From positions 960,001 through 1,024,000 of the forward strand of contig CAVUZH010000003.1 of assembly GCA_963745835.1 (NCBI GenBank): a DNA stretch of 64,000 bases, written 5' to 3'. Below, piece by piece: positions 18,904 to 28,061 of the stretch (its first letter is position 1; each line of letters starts with the position of its first letter). The notes under the pieces are model-generated. The model did no database searches and was not told where the DNA came from. It saw nothing but the letters and a program-made list of their open reading frames with translations. Origin of the DNA: an uncultured delta proteobacterium (GTDB lineage: Bacteria; Desulfobacterota; Binatia; UBA9968). A program made the position numbers and the translations under genes.

Positions 18904-18932
18904 ATTGAAGCGCCGTTTGCCCGCAATGTCAA
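18904..18932 (-). promoter_or_regulatory. Sigma-70-type promoter about 350 nt upstream of prkA
   Basis: TTGACA-17 bp-TTCAAT on the minus strand. Confidence 0.45.
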
Positions 18933-19018
18933 GGTTATAATGGGAATGCTGCGCGCATAGTCGATCTTCAATGCGATCTGTTATCATCCAACGCGCGATC
19001 TGCTAGCTTGACGCTTGC

Positions 19019-19561
19019 ATGAAAAAGGCAACTGGTATGAAACCTGAACAATTGATGATTCAACCCGGCCTTCGTTGGTATGCAATTCAGACTAAAGGGA
19101 ACAAGGAAAAAGAGGTAGCCAAGAGGCTGACGGATTTGAAGTTTGAAATGTTTCTGCCTTGGCTGCGCGATCGGCGGCGTATCGGCAGCAAATATCATTG
19201 GGTTCTGGTGCCGTTGTTTCCAGGTTATTTATTTTGCCGCTTGGATGTAGTTGTATCGGGAAAGACCGCGCGTTACTCGCCCGGCGTGAAAGATTTTTTA
19301 AGATTTGGCAACGAAATAGCCGAGATTCCCAACGATATCATTGTCGCATTAAAGGAGCGCTGCCCGGAGGGCATCGCAGCCGTCAATCCGATGTCCCTGG
19401 CTGCCGGCGACTCGGTCAGCATCAACGAAGGACCTTTTGCCGGTCTTCAGGCGATTTTTGAGAAGAAGATGAAGGGCAGCGAGCGGGTTGCCGTGTTACT
19501 AGAGCTTCTCGGCCGGCAAACACGGCTCATCCTGCCCAGCGAAACCGTTACCAGACTTTGA
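19019..19561 (+). CDS. NusG paralog, RfaH-like transcription antiterminator
   Basis: WYAIQTK, PLFPGYLF (NGN domain); GDSVSINEGPFAG (KOW); ERVAVLLELLG. Confidence 0.85.
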   Translation: MKKATGMKPEQLMIQPGLRWYAIQTKGNKEKEVAKRLTDLKFEMFLPWLRDRRRIGSKYHWVLVPLFPGYLFCRLDVVVSGKTARYSPGVKDFLRFGNEIAEIPNDIIVALKERCPEGIAAVNPMSLAAGDSVSINEGPFAGLQAIFEKKMKGSERVAVLLELLGRQTRLILPSETVTRL

Positions 19562-19645
19562 CCCGTTGCGGTCGCGAAGTGACGCAACTCCGCTCGGATT
19601 CGAAACTCACCTTTAATTGAATCGCCGGGCAAAACAGTCGCCACC

Positions 19646-19686
19646 TTGACACGCCCTGAGCGCTATTGATAAATGCCAGGCGCTCA
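19646..19686 (+). promoter_or_regulatory. Putative promoter of the sensor kinase with an inverted repeat straddling the -10 region
   Basis: TTGACA-17 bp-ATAAAT; TGAGCGC (19657-19663) / GCGCTCA (19680-19686). Confidence 0.35.
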
Positions 19687-19712
19687 AAGGCATACTTCAG
19701 GGGGAGGACGAC

Positions 19713-22244
19713 ATGCGTCATCAAGCTTGGCACCGGCGAGGGCTGCTGGTTATCTTTGCGGTTTTCGCATTTCTCATAGTAAGCGGAACGGTACTTTCCT
19801 CTCTCCAGTGGATCCACAAACCGTTTCCCGGATTCTTCTTGCATGAAAATCTGACCGTCGGGCCGTACTCTTTGCCTCATTGGACCGGCGGTGTTTCAGG
19901 GCTCCAATCTCTGGATCTTATCATCAAGATCGATGACAACCCGGTAGGCGGGCGCGCCGAGCTCTACGAGCGCGTGCGCAACCTTCCGGTAGGCACCGCT
20001 TTGACTTATACAATCGGCCGGCGTTCACACACTGTCGAATTAACCATTCCCAACATGATGTTTACCTGGCAAGACTGGTTTTTAAGCTTTGGGGTTTACG
20101 TTTTCACCGGATTGGCATTCTTATTAATCGGTGTGGCGCCTTATTGTTTTCGAGCAAACTCGCCGGCAGCTTTGCCACTGTCCTTCATGGTGATCGCCGT
20201 GTTCGTTTGGTTTGAGAGCACCTTCGATTTCATGACGGATGGGTTTGTTCCGAAGGAGATGCGCTTATTTGGCATGATTCTCACACCCAGTGCGGGCATA
20301 CATTTAGCCCTACTCCTGAAACAAGGACGGCCTGTACGATATACCAGTCCCTTTCTCCTGGTATTCATCTATGGAACGGCCGTGGCACTCGGCGCGTTGA
20401 ACAGTCTCACCTTCTATGGACCGCCCGAACGATGGATCGACATATTTCGCATAAATTATATCTATACCTGTATCGGAGCTTTAGCTTTCTTGACGATTGT
20501 CGGCTCGGCGTTGAGGAAGACCGCTACAGCTCTGGAGCGCTCGCGTTTGCGGGTAATGTTCGTCGGCGCGGTTCTTGGTTTTCTACTGCCTACCATCGCT
20601 ACTGTGTTAACCAGCACGTTTCAATGGGAGATACCTTATAACCTGGCAATGATCTCAACGGTATTTTTCCCCCTATCGGTCGCTTATGCGCTTTTAAAAT
20701 ACAGCCTGTTCGATCTGGGTAACACGCTCAAGGCAGGACTCACCCGACTATCATTGATGGTGTTCCTCTTGGCGCTTTATGCGGCTATCTTTTTCCTCGT
20801 TGGACCTTCGGTCGGAATCTACGACAAGGATCCGCTGACGCCGCTGTTTTTCTCGATACTGGTGGTTCTGATCTTCAATCCGGTGCTACGCGGCATCGAA
20901 GCGCTCGTCGATCGTTACATTTACCGACAGGAGTATGATCCGGTAAAGGCACAATGCGACATCAGTTTATTTCTTCGGTCACTTACAACTGCTCGGATAC
21001 TCGCGAACGGATTTTTAGAGCGGGTGACCTCAACACTGGGTATCGAGAAGGCCGTCTTGATTTACCGTTCCCCTGCCACGAAAAATGATTTGACCGCTGC
21101 AACCAATGGGATGGAGGTAAATTTTATCCCGATTCTTGATCGCGCACGCCTTTTGTGGAGAGTTGAGCACGTAGCGGGGTTTAGAGGGTTGTCCCGCAGC
21201 GAAGTCCTGGCAAATCCGGTCTTTGAACTGGAGCGCAAAGAGTGGTTGGCGATGTTCGAGCCTCTCGGTTCTGAACTCATAATACCGATTGTCTTTGAAC
21301 AGGAGGTGCGCGGCTTGGTTTCTTGTTCGGCGAAAAGAGGGGGGAGGGAGTATCGAGGGGATGATTTGAGCCTATTGGGCACTCTGACTGAGCAGTTGGC
21401 CCTCTCACTGGAAAACGGCATAAGGTATGAACAGTCGGAAAAAGCCAAAGACGAGTACCACCGGCTTTATGATGCGGCGGAGCGCGCCAAACGGAAGTTG
21501 ATCGACGATGATCGCATTAAGAAAGATTTTGTCGCTAACATCTGTCATGAACTACGCACGCCGGTCAGTACCCTGATAGGTTTTAGCGAGATCCTCCTCA
21601 ACCGTGAACTTCCGGTTGAAACACGCGATATCCTGAGAACAATGTTGAGCAATGGACAAGATCTATCGAATATGATGGATGGCCTACTGAACTTCTCCCG
21701 AATGGAGGCCGATGCCGAGCCGAACAGTTTCGAGCACATCAATGTAAAAGATCTATTGGGTGGGCTGGAGCTTATGACACAGAGACTTATCCGCGGCCGC
21801 CCCATTCAGTTCAGAATCAACATCGAAGACGCAATCGACACCATCAACAGCGATCCGAGAAAACTTCAGCAGATACTGCTTCAGCTGTTAACCAATGCGC
21901 TTAAGTTCACTGAAAAAGGAGCGGTTGAAGTTCGAATCGCAACTATCTACGTTCAAAGCGGCCGGTTGTTGGAAATCGCTGTGTCAGATACCGGAATCGG
22001 TATAGATAAGAACGACCAGGACATCATCTTCGATGGATTTCGACAGTTGGACGGTTCATCGAGCCGCCGTTTCGGCGGCACTGGAGTGGGCTTGAGCCTA
22101 TGCAGCAAGCTTGCTGCAGCGCTCGGCGGTAAGATCACTGTGAAGAGCGAACTCGGTTCGGGAAGTGTCTTTAGTGTATTTCTACCTCTCACAGTTGCCG
22201 AAGAACATTCGCAATCAAGTCAGGCCTCAAGCATGATAATGTGA
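19713..22244 (+). CDS. Membrane sensor histidine kinase: TM - PDZ-like - multi-TM - GAF - HisKA - HATPase
   Basis: GLQSLDLIIKIDDNPV (PDZ-like), long hydrophobic region, GAF end (DDLSLLGTLTEQLALSLEN), HELRTP, LLTNALKFT, DTGIG, GGTGVGL. Confidence 0.9.
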   Translation: MRHQAWHRRGLLVIFAVFAFLIVSGTVLSSLQWIHKPFPGFFLHENLTVGPYSLPHWTGGVSGLQSLDLIIKIDDNPVGGRAELYERVRNLPVGTALTYTIGRRSHTVELTIPNMMFTWQDWFLSFGVYVFTGLAFLLIGVAPYCFRANSPAALPLSFMVIAVFVWFESTFDFMTDGFVPKEMRLFGMILTPSAGIHLALLLKQGRPVRYTSPFLLVFIYGTAVALGALNSLTFYGPPERWIDIFRINYIYTCIGALAFLTIVGSALRKTATALERSRLRVMFVGAVLGFLLPTIATVLTSTFQWEIPYNLAMISTVFFPLSVAYALLKYSLFDLGNTLKAGLTRLSLMVFLLALYAAIFFLVGPSVGIYDKDPLTPLFFSILVVLIFNPVLRGIEALVDRYIYRQEYDPVKAQCDISLFLRSLTTARILANGFLERVTSTLGIEKAVLIYRSPATKNDLTAATNGMEVNFIPILDRARLLWRVEHVAGFRGLSRSEVLANPVFELERKEWLAMFEPLGSELIIPIVFEQEVRGLVSCSAKRGGREYRGDDLSLLGTLTEQLALSLENGIRYEQSEKAKDEYHRLYDAAERAKRKLIDDDRIKKDFVANICHELRTPVSTLIGFSEILLNRELPVETRDILRTMLSNGQDLSNMMDGLLNFSRMEADAEPNSFEHINVKDLLGGLELMTQRLIRGRPIQFRINIEDAIDTINSDPRKLQQILLQLLTNALKFTEKGAVEVRIATIYVQSGRLLEIAVSDTGIGIDKNDQDIIFDGFRQLDGSSSRRFGGTGVGLSLCSKLAAALGGKITVKSELGSGSVFSVFLPLTVAEEHSQSSQASSMIM

Positions 22245-22302
22245 TTACGAGGTTCGGGCGATTTGACTCATGTGAGGCCCTTAGGTAGCTAATAAACCTA
22301 CG

Positions 22303-22965
22303 ATGACAGGTAAGGTGATGACGGGCAAAGATTTCGTCGCGGAATTGCTGGTGATGGTGAATGATTTCTGCCGAACTCTGGAGACGCAACTGCCAGCCTA
22401 CAGCTACATTCCGCTCACGAGTGACGAAGAACGCATTCGGGTGATGAAGAGCCGCCTCTATAACGAAGTGCGCGCGGCCGAACTATTTGGAACGTGGCTG
22501 AAGACAACTCCCGAGCTTGAAGTCAAAGCCATTATGGCCGAATCGGCGCATGAGGAAATGGAGCACGCGGAACTGCTGTCAAGGCGGATCACGGATCTCG
22601 GTTTTGAGCCCTTTGACTATCAACCTCTTCCTGCTCAGACGGCGATGTTTAATGCGATCGAGGGACTCACCGACACATGTCAACGTATGGCTGGATTTTC
22701 ACTGGCCGGGGAAGCCGTGGCAACTTACCTGACTCAGAAGAGTTTACTAGCTTCGACAGTGCCCGATTGGATCAAACAACCCTATCGAAAAATTACCCAG
22801 GATGAAGAAGGGCACGGTAGCATTCCACAGCAGATTTTGCAGCGTTACGCGATCACTGGAGAGCGTCAGGAAGCAGCGCGCAGGGCAGTGGCTATGCGGC
22901 TGGTATTGTTTCGTGAATACTTGAACAGCTTGGACCGTTGGGCAATGGGCAAAGATCGCTGGTGA
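22303..22965 (+). CDS. Ferritin-like di-iron carboxylate protein
   Basis: Complete ligand pattern E...EEMEH...E...DEEGH. Confidence 0.8.
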   Translation: MTGKVMTGKDFVAELLVMVNDFCRTLETQLPAYSYIPLTSDEERIRVMKSRLYNEVRAAELFGTWLKTTPELEVKAIMAESAHEEMEHAELLSRRITDLGFEPFDYQPLPAQTAMFNAIEGLTDTCQRMAGFSLAGEAVATYLTQKSLLASTVPDWIKQPYRKITQDEEGHGSIPQQILQRYAITGERQEAARRAVAMRLVLFREYLNSLDRWAMGKDRW

Positions 22966-22970
22966 CTCGG

Positions 22971-23297
22971 CTATTCCTCGTTTTGAACGGATTCGCATCT
23001 AGGACAGACGAGCGGCGATGGCCCGAGTAAGATTGACCAACCACAGTCCCTGCAGGTTGTTACCGGTTCTCCCAACATGCCACGAACCGCGGCGCCGCAA
23101 CGCTTCGCCCCGCAGGGGCCCGTTCCGATACCGGTACGCTTACTAACCATCTCAAAGGTCTTTGCGCCGGCTTGAATGGCTTTCACCACGATGCCTTTAC
23201 GTATTTTATTGCACAGACAAATCGGGCGAAGATTATCTATGATGGCCTGTTTCTTGGCCTCGTTATCAAGTTCGTTGATAGCAGCATTCCTTTCCAA
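22971..23297 (-). CDS. Bfd-like [2Fe-2S] protein with C-terminal zinc ribbon
   Basis: ICLCN...GTGPCGAKRC followed by CRDC...CPRC. Confidence 0.75.
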   Translation of the reverse strand: MERNAAINELDNEAKKQAIIDNLRPICLCNKIRKGIVVKAIQAGAKTFEMVSKRTGIGTGPCGAKRCGAAVRGMLGEPVTTCRDCGWSILLGPSPLVCPRCESVQNEE

Positions 23298-23304
23298 TCA
23301 TATT

Positions 23305-24318
23305 TTAGCACGAATTCTTAATGCCTGCCTCCTTACTGGCAATTATCAGAGACGAGTTGAGCGGCGCTGGCAACTCTATCTGCTTGATGTGCATCAGACC
23401 CGCTGCCAACATCCAAGCTGTCACTTCGTCCGCTGCATAGCAACGTCCTGCTGCGGTGGTTAGCAGCATCAGCAAACTGAAAAGAGCACCGACCGGCGGG
23501 TTGGCGCGCGTGCTATCTAGAATATGATCCTTGACGATAATGCTACCGCCGGGTTTTAGCACCGAGCTAAGATCGACCATAAGCCGTTGGTTTACTTCAA
23601 AGCTTTCGCCGTGAATGATGTTGGAAAGAAAAATGACATCGTATCTGCCGGGAATTTCGTCAACACGGTAATCACCGCTGATCAGCCGGATTCGACTGCT
23701 TAGACCGGCCTCCCGGACGTAACATTCGGTAAGTGCGAGAGTCGCCGGCAAGTCGAAAATGGTCGCGCGCAGATTCGAAAATCTTTGACAAAGCGAGATC
23801 GGATAGGTGGCTGGTCCCGAACCGACGTCGAGAAGCTCGTGAGCATTGTCCCAATCGAAGGCTTCGGCCATGATCTCGGCATCGCCGCGCGCCTTGACAA
23901 GGGAATCCATAGCAGCGATGAAAATCGCGGTCTCCGTCGGATTTTCTTGATACATATTCGCGGGGCGAACAGGTCGGCCACTGCGGATAGCCTCGGTCAA
24001 CGATGCCCAACAATGCCACAGGGAGGCTTCGAAACGAATCATGCCGCCTAGATAGCCGGGAGCGCCTCGTTTAAGATACCTTGCCGATAAATCCGTGAGT
24101 GAAAATCGGTCTTCGCGTTTGCGCAATAAACCTAGAGCTGTCAAAGCGTTGAGCATCAACTCGGTAGCGCGAGGTTCTAGATCTAGCGAGTCGGCAATGC
24201 TCGCGGCTTCCAAAGCATGGCTTCCCATGGTTTCGAAAATCTCCAGCTCCACCGCCGCCTGGACTATTCGGGCTTCGACATGGCCGCCGGCTAATTTCAT
24301 TAGATCCGAATAATTCAT
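23305..24318 (-). CDS. SAM-dependent O-methyltransferase (dimerisation + Methyltransf_2)
   Basis: AAVELEIF, LLDVGSGP, FDLP, GDY, LSNIIH, LKPGG. Confidence 0.88.
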   Translation of the reverse strand: MNYSDLMKLAGGHVEARIVQAAVELEIFETMGSHALEAASIADSLDLEPRATELMLNALTALGLLRKREDRFSLTDLSARYLKRGAPGYLGGMIRFEASLWHCWASLTEAIRSGRPVRPANMYQENPTETAIFIAAMDSLVKARGDAEIMAEAFDWDNAHELLDVGSGPATYPISLCQRFSNLRATIFDLPATLALTECYVREAGLSSRIRLISGDYRVDEIPGRYDVIFLSNIIHGESFEVNQRLMVDLSSVLKPGGSIIVKDHILDSTRANPPVGALFSLLMLLTTAAGRCYAADEVTAWMLAAGLMHIKQIELPAPLNSSLIIASKEAGIKNSC

Positions 24319-24326
24319 GCCAGTTC

Positions 24327-25772
24327 TTACAAGCGTTCAATGATTCGATAGCTTCTGCTTTTCGGTTTAACAGGGGCCACGATCCCGCTTTTGACCATCA
24401 GACGGATATCTCGATAGGCAGTGTCCCGATCGACTTCCGCTATTCTCTCATACTCCGTCGTCGAGAAAGTTTTGCCGTGACAATAGGCGTAAGCGAGCAG
24501 GCGACGCTGTCGCAAGTTGACCGACGACGCGGCGAATTGATTGAGCCAGCGCAAGGTGTCGTCGTCGTAGACCGGCGCATTTCTAAGCGTAACCGTGAAG
24601 ACAAAACCATTGGTCGAAAATTCCGGCGGATTTAGCCCGTAGGTTTCCATCTCCTGAAACATTCTCGGCACTCCTTCGCCCATTTCACGCAGATAACCCA
24701 TATCAGCTAAGACGCGGACGATGAGCGGATTGCGGGAGAAGTGAATGCTCTTTTGCTGGCGTATTTGTTCGAGACTTACAGGAAGGGGCGGAGGACCGGG
24801 GCTTCTCACACTTATGTGATCGTCAAACATCCAAACCTCGATGGAAGCGCCGCTCAAGGCGTAGTCCCGGTGAGCGACGGCGTTCACAACCGCTTCCTGC
24901 CATGCGAAGGTCGGATACTCTAGACGCTCGCGAAAGAAAAGATCATGCAATATGGTCCGCTCGCGGATGTGCTCCTTAATCCTTCCAACCGCTTCATCGA
25001 TTAGGCGAACCAAAGGCCCGTCGAAACGTAATCGCTTGACGACATTCAATGCCGCGCCATACTGCCGCTCGGAGCCTTCATACTTGACGAAGTCAATGCC
25101 GCATCTCGGGTGCCAACGACTGAGGTCTTTAGCGAACAGCAGCAATGCCGCCATATTTGGAGCGGGAAGCGCGCGAGAATTGTCAAGCAAATGGTAGGAC
25201 TGAGCGAGGACGCTCTCGGGTTGCCGCGGGTCCTGGATTTTGTGAAGAAACTCCTGGATAAGGTCCAAATCGAGATCCTGCCAAGTCGCATTGAGCGCCT
25301 GCTGTCGCTCATACAACACCGTCTTCTTGGCTTCTTTTAGAGAATGAATCTGTTCCGATGGCAACGCCGCGGTTTCCGCCGCTAGTCGATAGTACGATCG
25401 GCCTCCGGCGATCCTATAGATTGCAAGGCTGGAACCGACCTCCAACTTGAGGAGCTGTAGATTGCCTACTCGAATTGTTTCTGATGCCGGCGTGAGAGCC
25501 GGGCGAAGTAGATTTTGCGGCGCCTGCAGCAATGCGACGAGCTCTTTAGCATCGTATGGGATTCCGGTTATGGTTTTATCGGCCTCGACACCCACCAGCA
25601 GTGTTCCGCCGTCGGCGTTTGCCATCCCGGAGAGAATACGCGCAACTTCTCGACCGAGATCCTCTTCCTTCTTCTTTTGTGGCCCGCCGCGCCGATGTTC
25701 GTAGGCGCTCAGGAAATCCAGGAACTGTCCGCGTTCCTGCTTAAGCAGAAGTCCAATTGCGTCGGCGTGCAT
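24327..25772 (-). CDS. Schlafen/AlbA_2 + HATPase_c_4 + winged-HTH protein
   Basis: MANADGGTLLVGV; EAVVNAVAHRDY, SPG, SRNPLI, GEGVPRM; TAYRDI HTH. Confidence 0.82.
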   Translation of the reverse strand: MHADAIGLLLKQERGQFLDFLSAYEHRRGGPQKKKEEDLGREVARILSGMANADGGTLLVGVEADKTITGIPYDAKELVALLQAPQNLLRPALTPASETIRVGNLQLLKLEVGSSLAIYRIAGGRSYYRLAAETAALPSEQIHSLKEAKKTVLYERQQALNATWQDLDLDLIQEFLHKIQDPRQPESVLAQSYHLLDNSRALPAPNMAALLLFAKDLSRWHPRCGIDFVKYEGSERQYGAALNVVKRLRFDGPLVRLIDEAVGRIKEHIRERTILHDLFFRERLEYPTFAWQEAVVNAVAHRDYALSGASIEVWMFDDHISVRSPGPPPLPVSLEQIRQQKSIHFSRNPLIVRVLADMGYLREMGEGVPRMFQEMETYGLNPPEFSTNGFVFTVTLRNAPVYDDDTLRWLNQFAASSVNLRQRRLLAYAYCHGKTFSTTEYERIAEVDRDTAYRDIRLMVKSGIVAPVKPKSRSYRIIERL

Positions 25773-25828
25773 AGCTCAAGCTTTAGAGCTGAAATCTCAT
25801 TGGCTCGGCGCCGGGTTACGCATTCTTT

Positions 25829-26974
25829 TCACAGGTTGGCGTTAAGTCGAACCACTTCCAGTACCATCTGAGCTGACAGGTTAAGATCCTTGAGATCGAG
25901 CCATTCTTTCACCGTGTGGATCTCGCGCATACCGGTAGATAGATTTGCGACCTCCAAGCCTTTTTGATTGAGTACATTGGCGTCACACCCGCCACCGGTG
26001 GCGAGAGTTTTTATGTCTACCCGCAAATTATTGGCCGCGGCCCGCACGAGCTGTACGATCGGAGCTCCGTCCGAAACATCCATGCGGTCATAATCTCGCT
26101 CGATTTTGGCGTCCACAGTGGCGGTGAATTGTGCTCCACCCACTTCCAATGTGTGACGGGCCGCAGCGTCTTGGAGGCAGCGTAGCATATGTTCTGTTTG
26201 TCGTTCCAATTTCTCTTCGCTATGACTCCGCGCCTCACCCTTTAAAATAACTGAGTTCGGCACGATGTTGACCGCCATGCCTCCCTCAATGACGCCGATG
26301 TTCGCGGTGGTTTCATGATCAATGCGCCCCAAGGACATCCGTGCGACACCATCAGCAGCAACTTTGATCGCATTGACGCCTTTCTCCGGACAAACACCAG
26401 CATGTGCTTCAAGCCCGTGGACTCGGAATTCCATACGATTGGCGGCAGGAGCCTTAGTAAATAGAAAACCTACCGAGTCGCTGTCGAGTACCAGTCCGGT
26501 ACGGGCGCGAAGCCGGTTCACATCCAAGCATTTGGCGCCGATTAGCCCGGCTTCCTCACAGATCGTGAAAACCACATCCACGTCGCTGCAGGGAAAGCGA
26601 TTTTCTTTGACTACGCGTAGCACCTCACAGATGATCGCAACGCCGCTCTTGTCATCTCCGCCTAGAACCGTGCGACCATCGGTTCGCAGAATATCCCCAT
26701 CGAGAATCGGAACGATGCCTTCTCCCGGCACGACCGTGTCCATGTGAGCCGAGAGTAAGATCGGCATTGCTTTTGGCGCCGTGCCCGTGAAGTGTGCGAT
26801 GAGGTTGCCGACATTCCCGCCGACTCTCTCGCCGGCGTCATCGATCGAAACCTGCGCCCCCAAATCCTCCATCTCGCGCTTGAGGCGCATCGCGACATCG
26901 TATTCCTTGCGTGACAGGCTGTCGATCTTGATCAATTCAATCAGAAGATTTTTAAGTCGTTCGGGATTAATCAA
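25829..26974 (-). CDS. M20 family peptidase (peptidase T-like)
   Basis: SAHMDTV, GGDDKSG, EEAGL, GGGCDAN, IHT. Confidence 0.9.
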   Translation of the reverse strand: MINPERLKNLLIELIKIDSLSRKEYDVAMRLKREMEDLGAQVSIDDAGERVGGNVGNLIAHFTGTAPKAMPILLSAHMDTVVPGEGIVPILDGDILRTDGRTVLGGDDKSGVAIICEVLRVVKENRFPCSDVDVVFTICEEAGLIGAKCLDVNRLRARTGLVLDSDSVGFLFTKAPAANRMEFRVHGLEAHAGVCPEKGVNAIKVAADGVARMSLGRIDHETTANIGVIEGGMAVNIVPNSVILKGEARSHSEEKLERQTEHMLRCLQDAAARHTLEVGGAQFTATVDAKIERDYDRMDVSDGAPIVQLVRAAANNLRVDIKTLATGGGCDANVLNQKGLEVANLSTGMREIHTVKEWLDLKDLNLSAQMVLEVVRLNANL

Positions 26975-27038
26975 AGCTTACCTCACTCCCACGTTTTTGA
27001 GCTCCAAAGATGGAACTCAATCTGCCACAGTACGCAAT

Positions 27039-28043
27039 TTATTTCCAAGAGAATAATGGCAGCTGCACAGACAGGGTTTGTTCTGGAAGGGGTTTTTGCG
27101 GCAGCGTGACGGGTCCGATGTCGCGTGTAAATTCATGGCCATGATCGAGAAGTTTGACAAGATTGTTGAATTCGAGCTCCTCAAACAGCGACCTCATTTT
27201 ATCCCGGCTGGGGCCTTTGAATCGCAGCTCTTCCAGATCGATCTGCATAGGCACGTTCTTTTTGATGGTGGCCAGACCCCGGCTGAGGAAGGCCGTCTCC
27301 TTGCCGTTTTGAAGAGCTTCTCGCAGACGCGCCACGCCACGCAGATTACTTTGTTGCAATTGCTCGAGATTACCGTAGAGATCTTCCAGATTGCGAAATT
27401 GCTGCATCAGAGCGATGGCGGTTTTTTGTCCAACACCTTTGACACCGGGAATATTGTCGACAACATCACCCATCAATCCCAAAACTTCGGGAACCCTCTC
27501 GGGCTCTACGCCGAATCTCGCTTTCACCTCGCGTGCGCCGATCCAGCGCTCCTTGACGCTATCGAATAGTGAGACTCTATCGGTGACCAGCTGCATCAAA
27601 TCCTTATCGCTGGAGACCACAATCAAGGCGCAGTCTTCATCACACAGTGTCGCGCACAGAGTTCCGATGAGATCGTCAGCCTCATAATCCTGAAGTTCAA
27701 GAATGACGACGTTCATGGCATCGAGGACTCTGCGAATGTATGGAAGTTGCAGAACCAAATTCGGCGGAGTTTGTCGCCGATTGCTCTTATATTCGACGAA
27801 CATCTGATTGCGAAAAGTTTGGCGGCGGGCATCGAGAGCCACTGCGAGATATTCAGGCTGATGACGCTTGAGGAGCTTCATCATGAAGCTTATGAATCCA
27901 TATGTGGCGCTGGTGGGAAAACCTGCGGAATTAAGCGCCGGTGGTAAGGCGAAAAAGGCTCGATAGATATAAGAACTGCCGTCTATCAGAAATAGTCGGG
28001 GTACCCGACCAATCATACTTGATGCGCTTTCTGCGACGTCCAA
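27039..28043 (-). CDS. Stand-alone 5'-3' exonuclease / flap endonuclease (PolA N-terminal-like)
   Basis: IDGSSYIYRAFF, YKSNR, EADD, DKD, GDVVDNIPGVKGVG; no polymerase domain. Confidence 0.88.
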   Translation of the reverse strand: MDVAESASSMIGRVPRLFLIDGSSYIYRAFFALPPALNSAGFPTSATYGFISFMMKLLKRHQPEYLAVALDARRQTFRNQMFVEYKSNRRQTPPNLVLQLPYIRRVLDAMNVVILELQDYEADDLIGTLCATLCDEDCALIVVSSDKDLMQLVTDRVSLFDSVKERWIGAREVKARFGVEPERVPEVLGLMGDVVDNIPGVKGVGQKTAIALMQQFRNLEDLYGNLEQLQQSNLRGVARLREALQNGKETAFLSRGLATIKKNVPMQIDLEELRFKGPSRDKMRSLFEELEFNNLVKLLDHGHEFTRDIGPVTLPQKPLPEQTLSVQLPLFSWK

Positions 28044-28061
28044 AAACTAGAGGCGGCTGAA

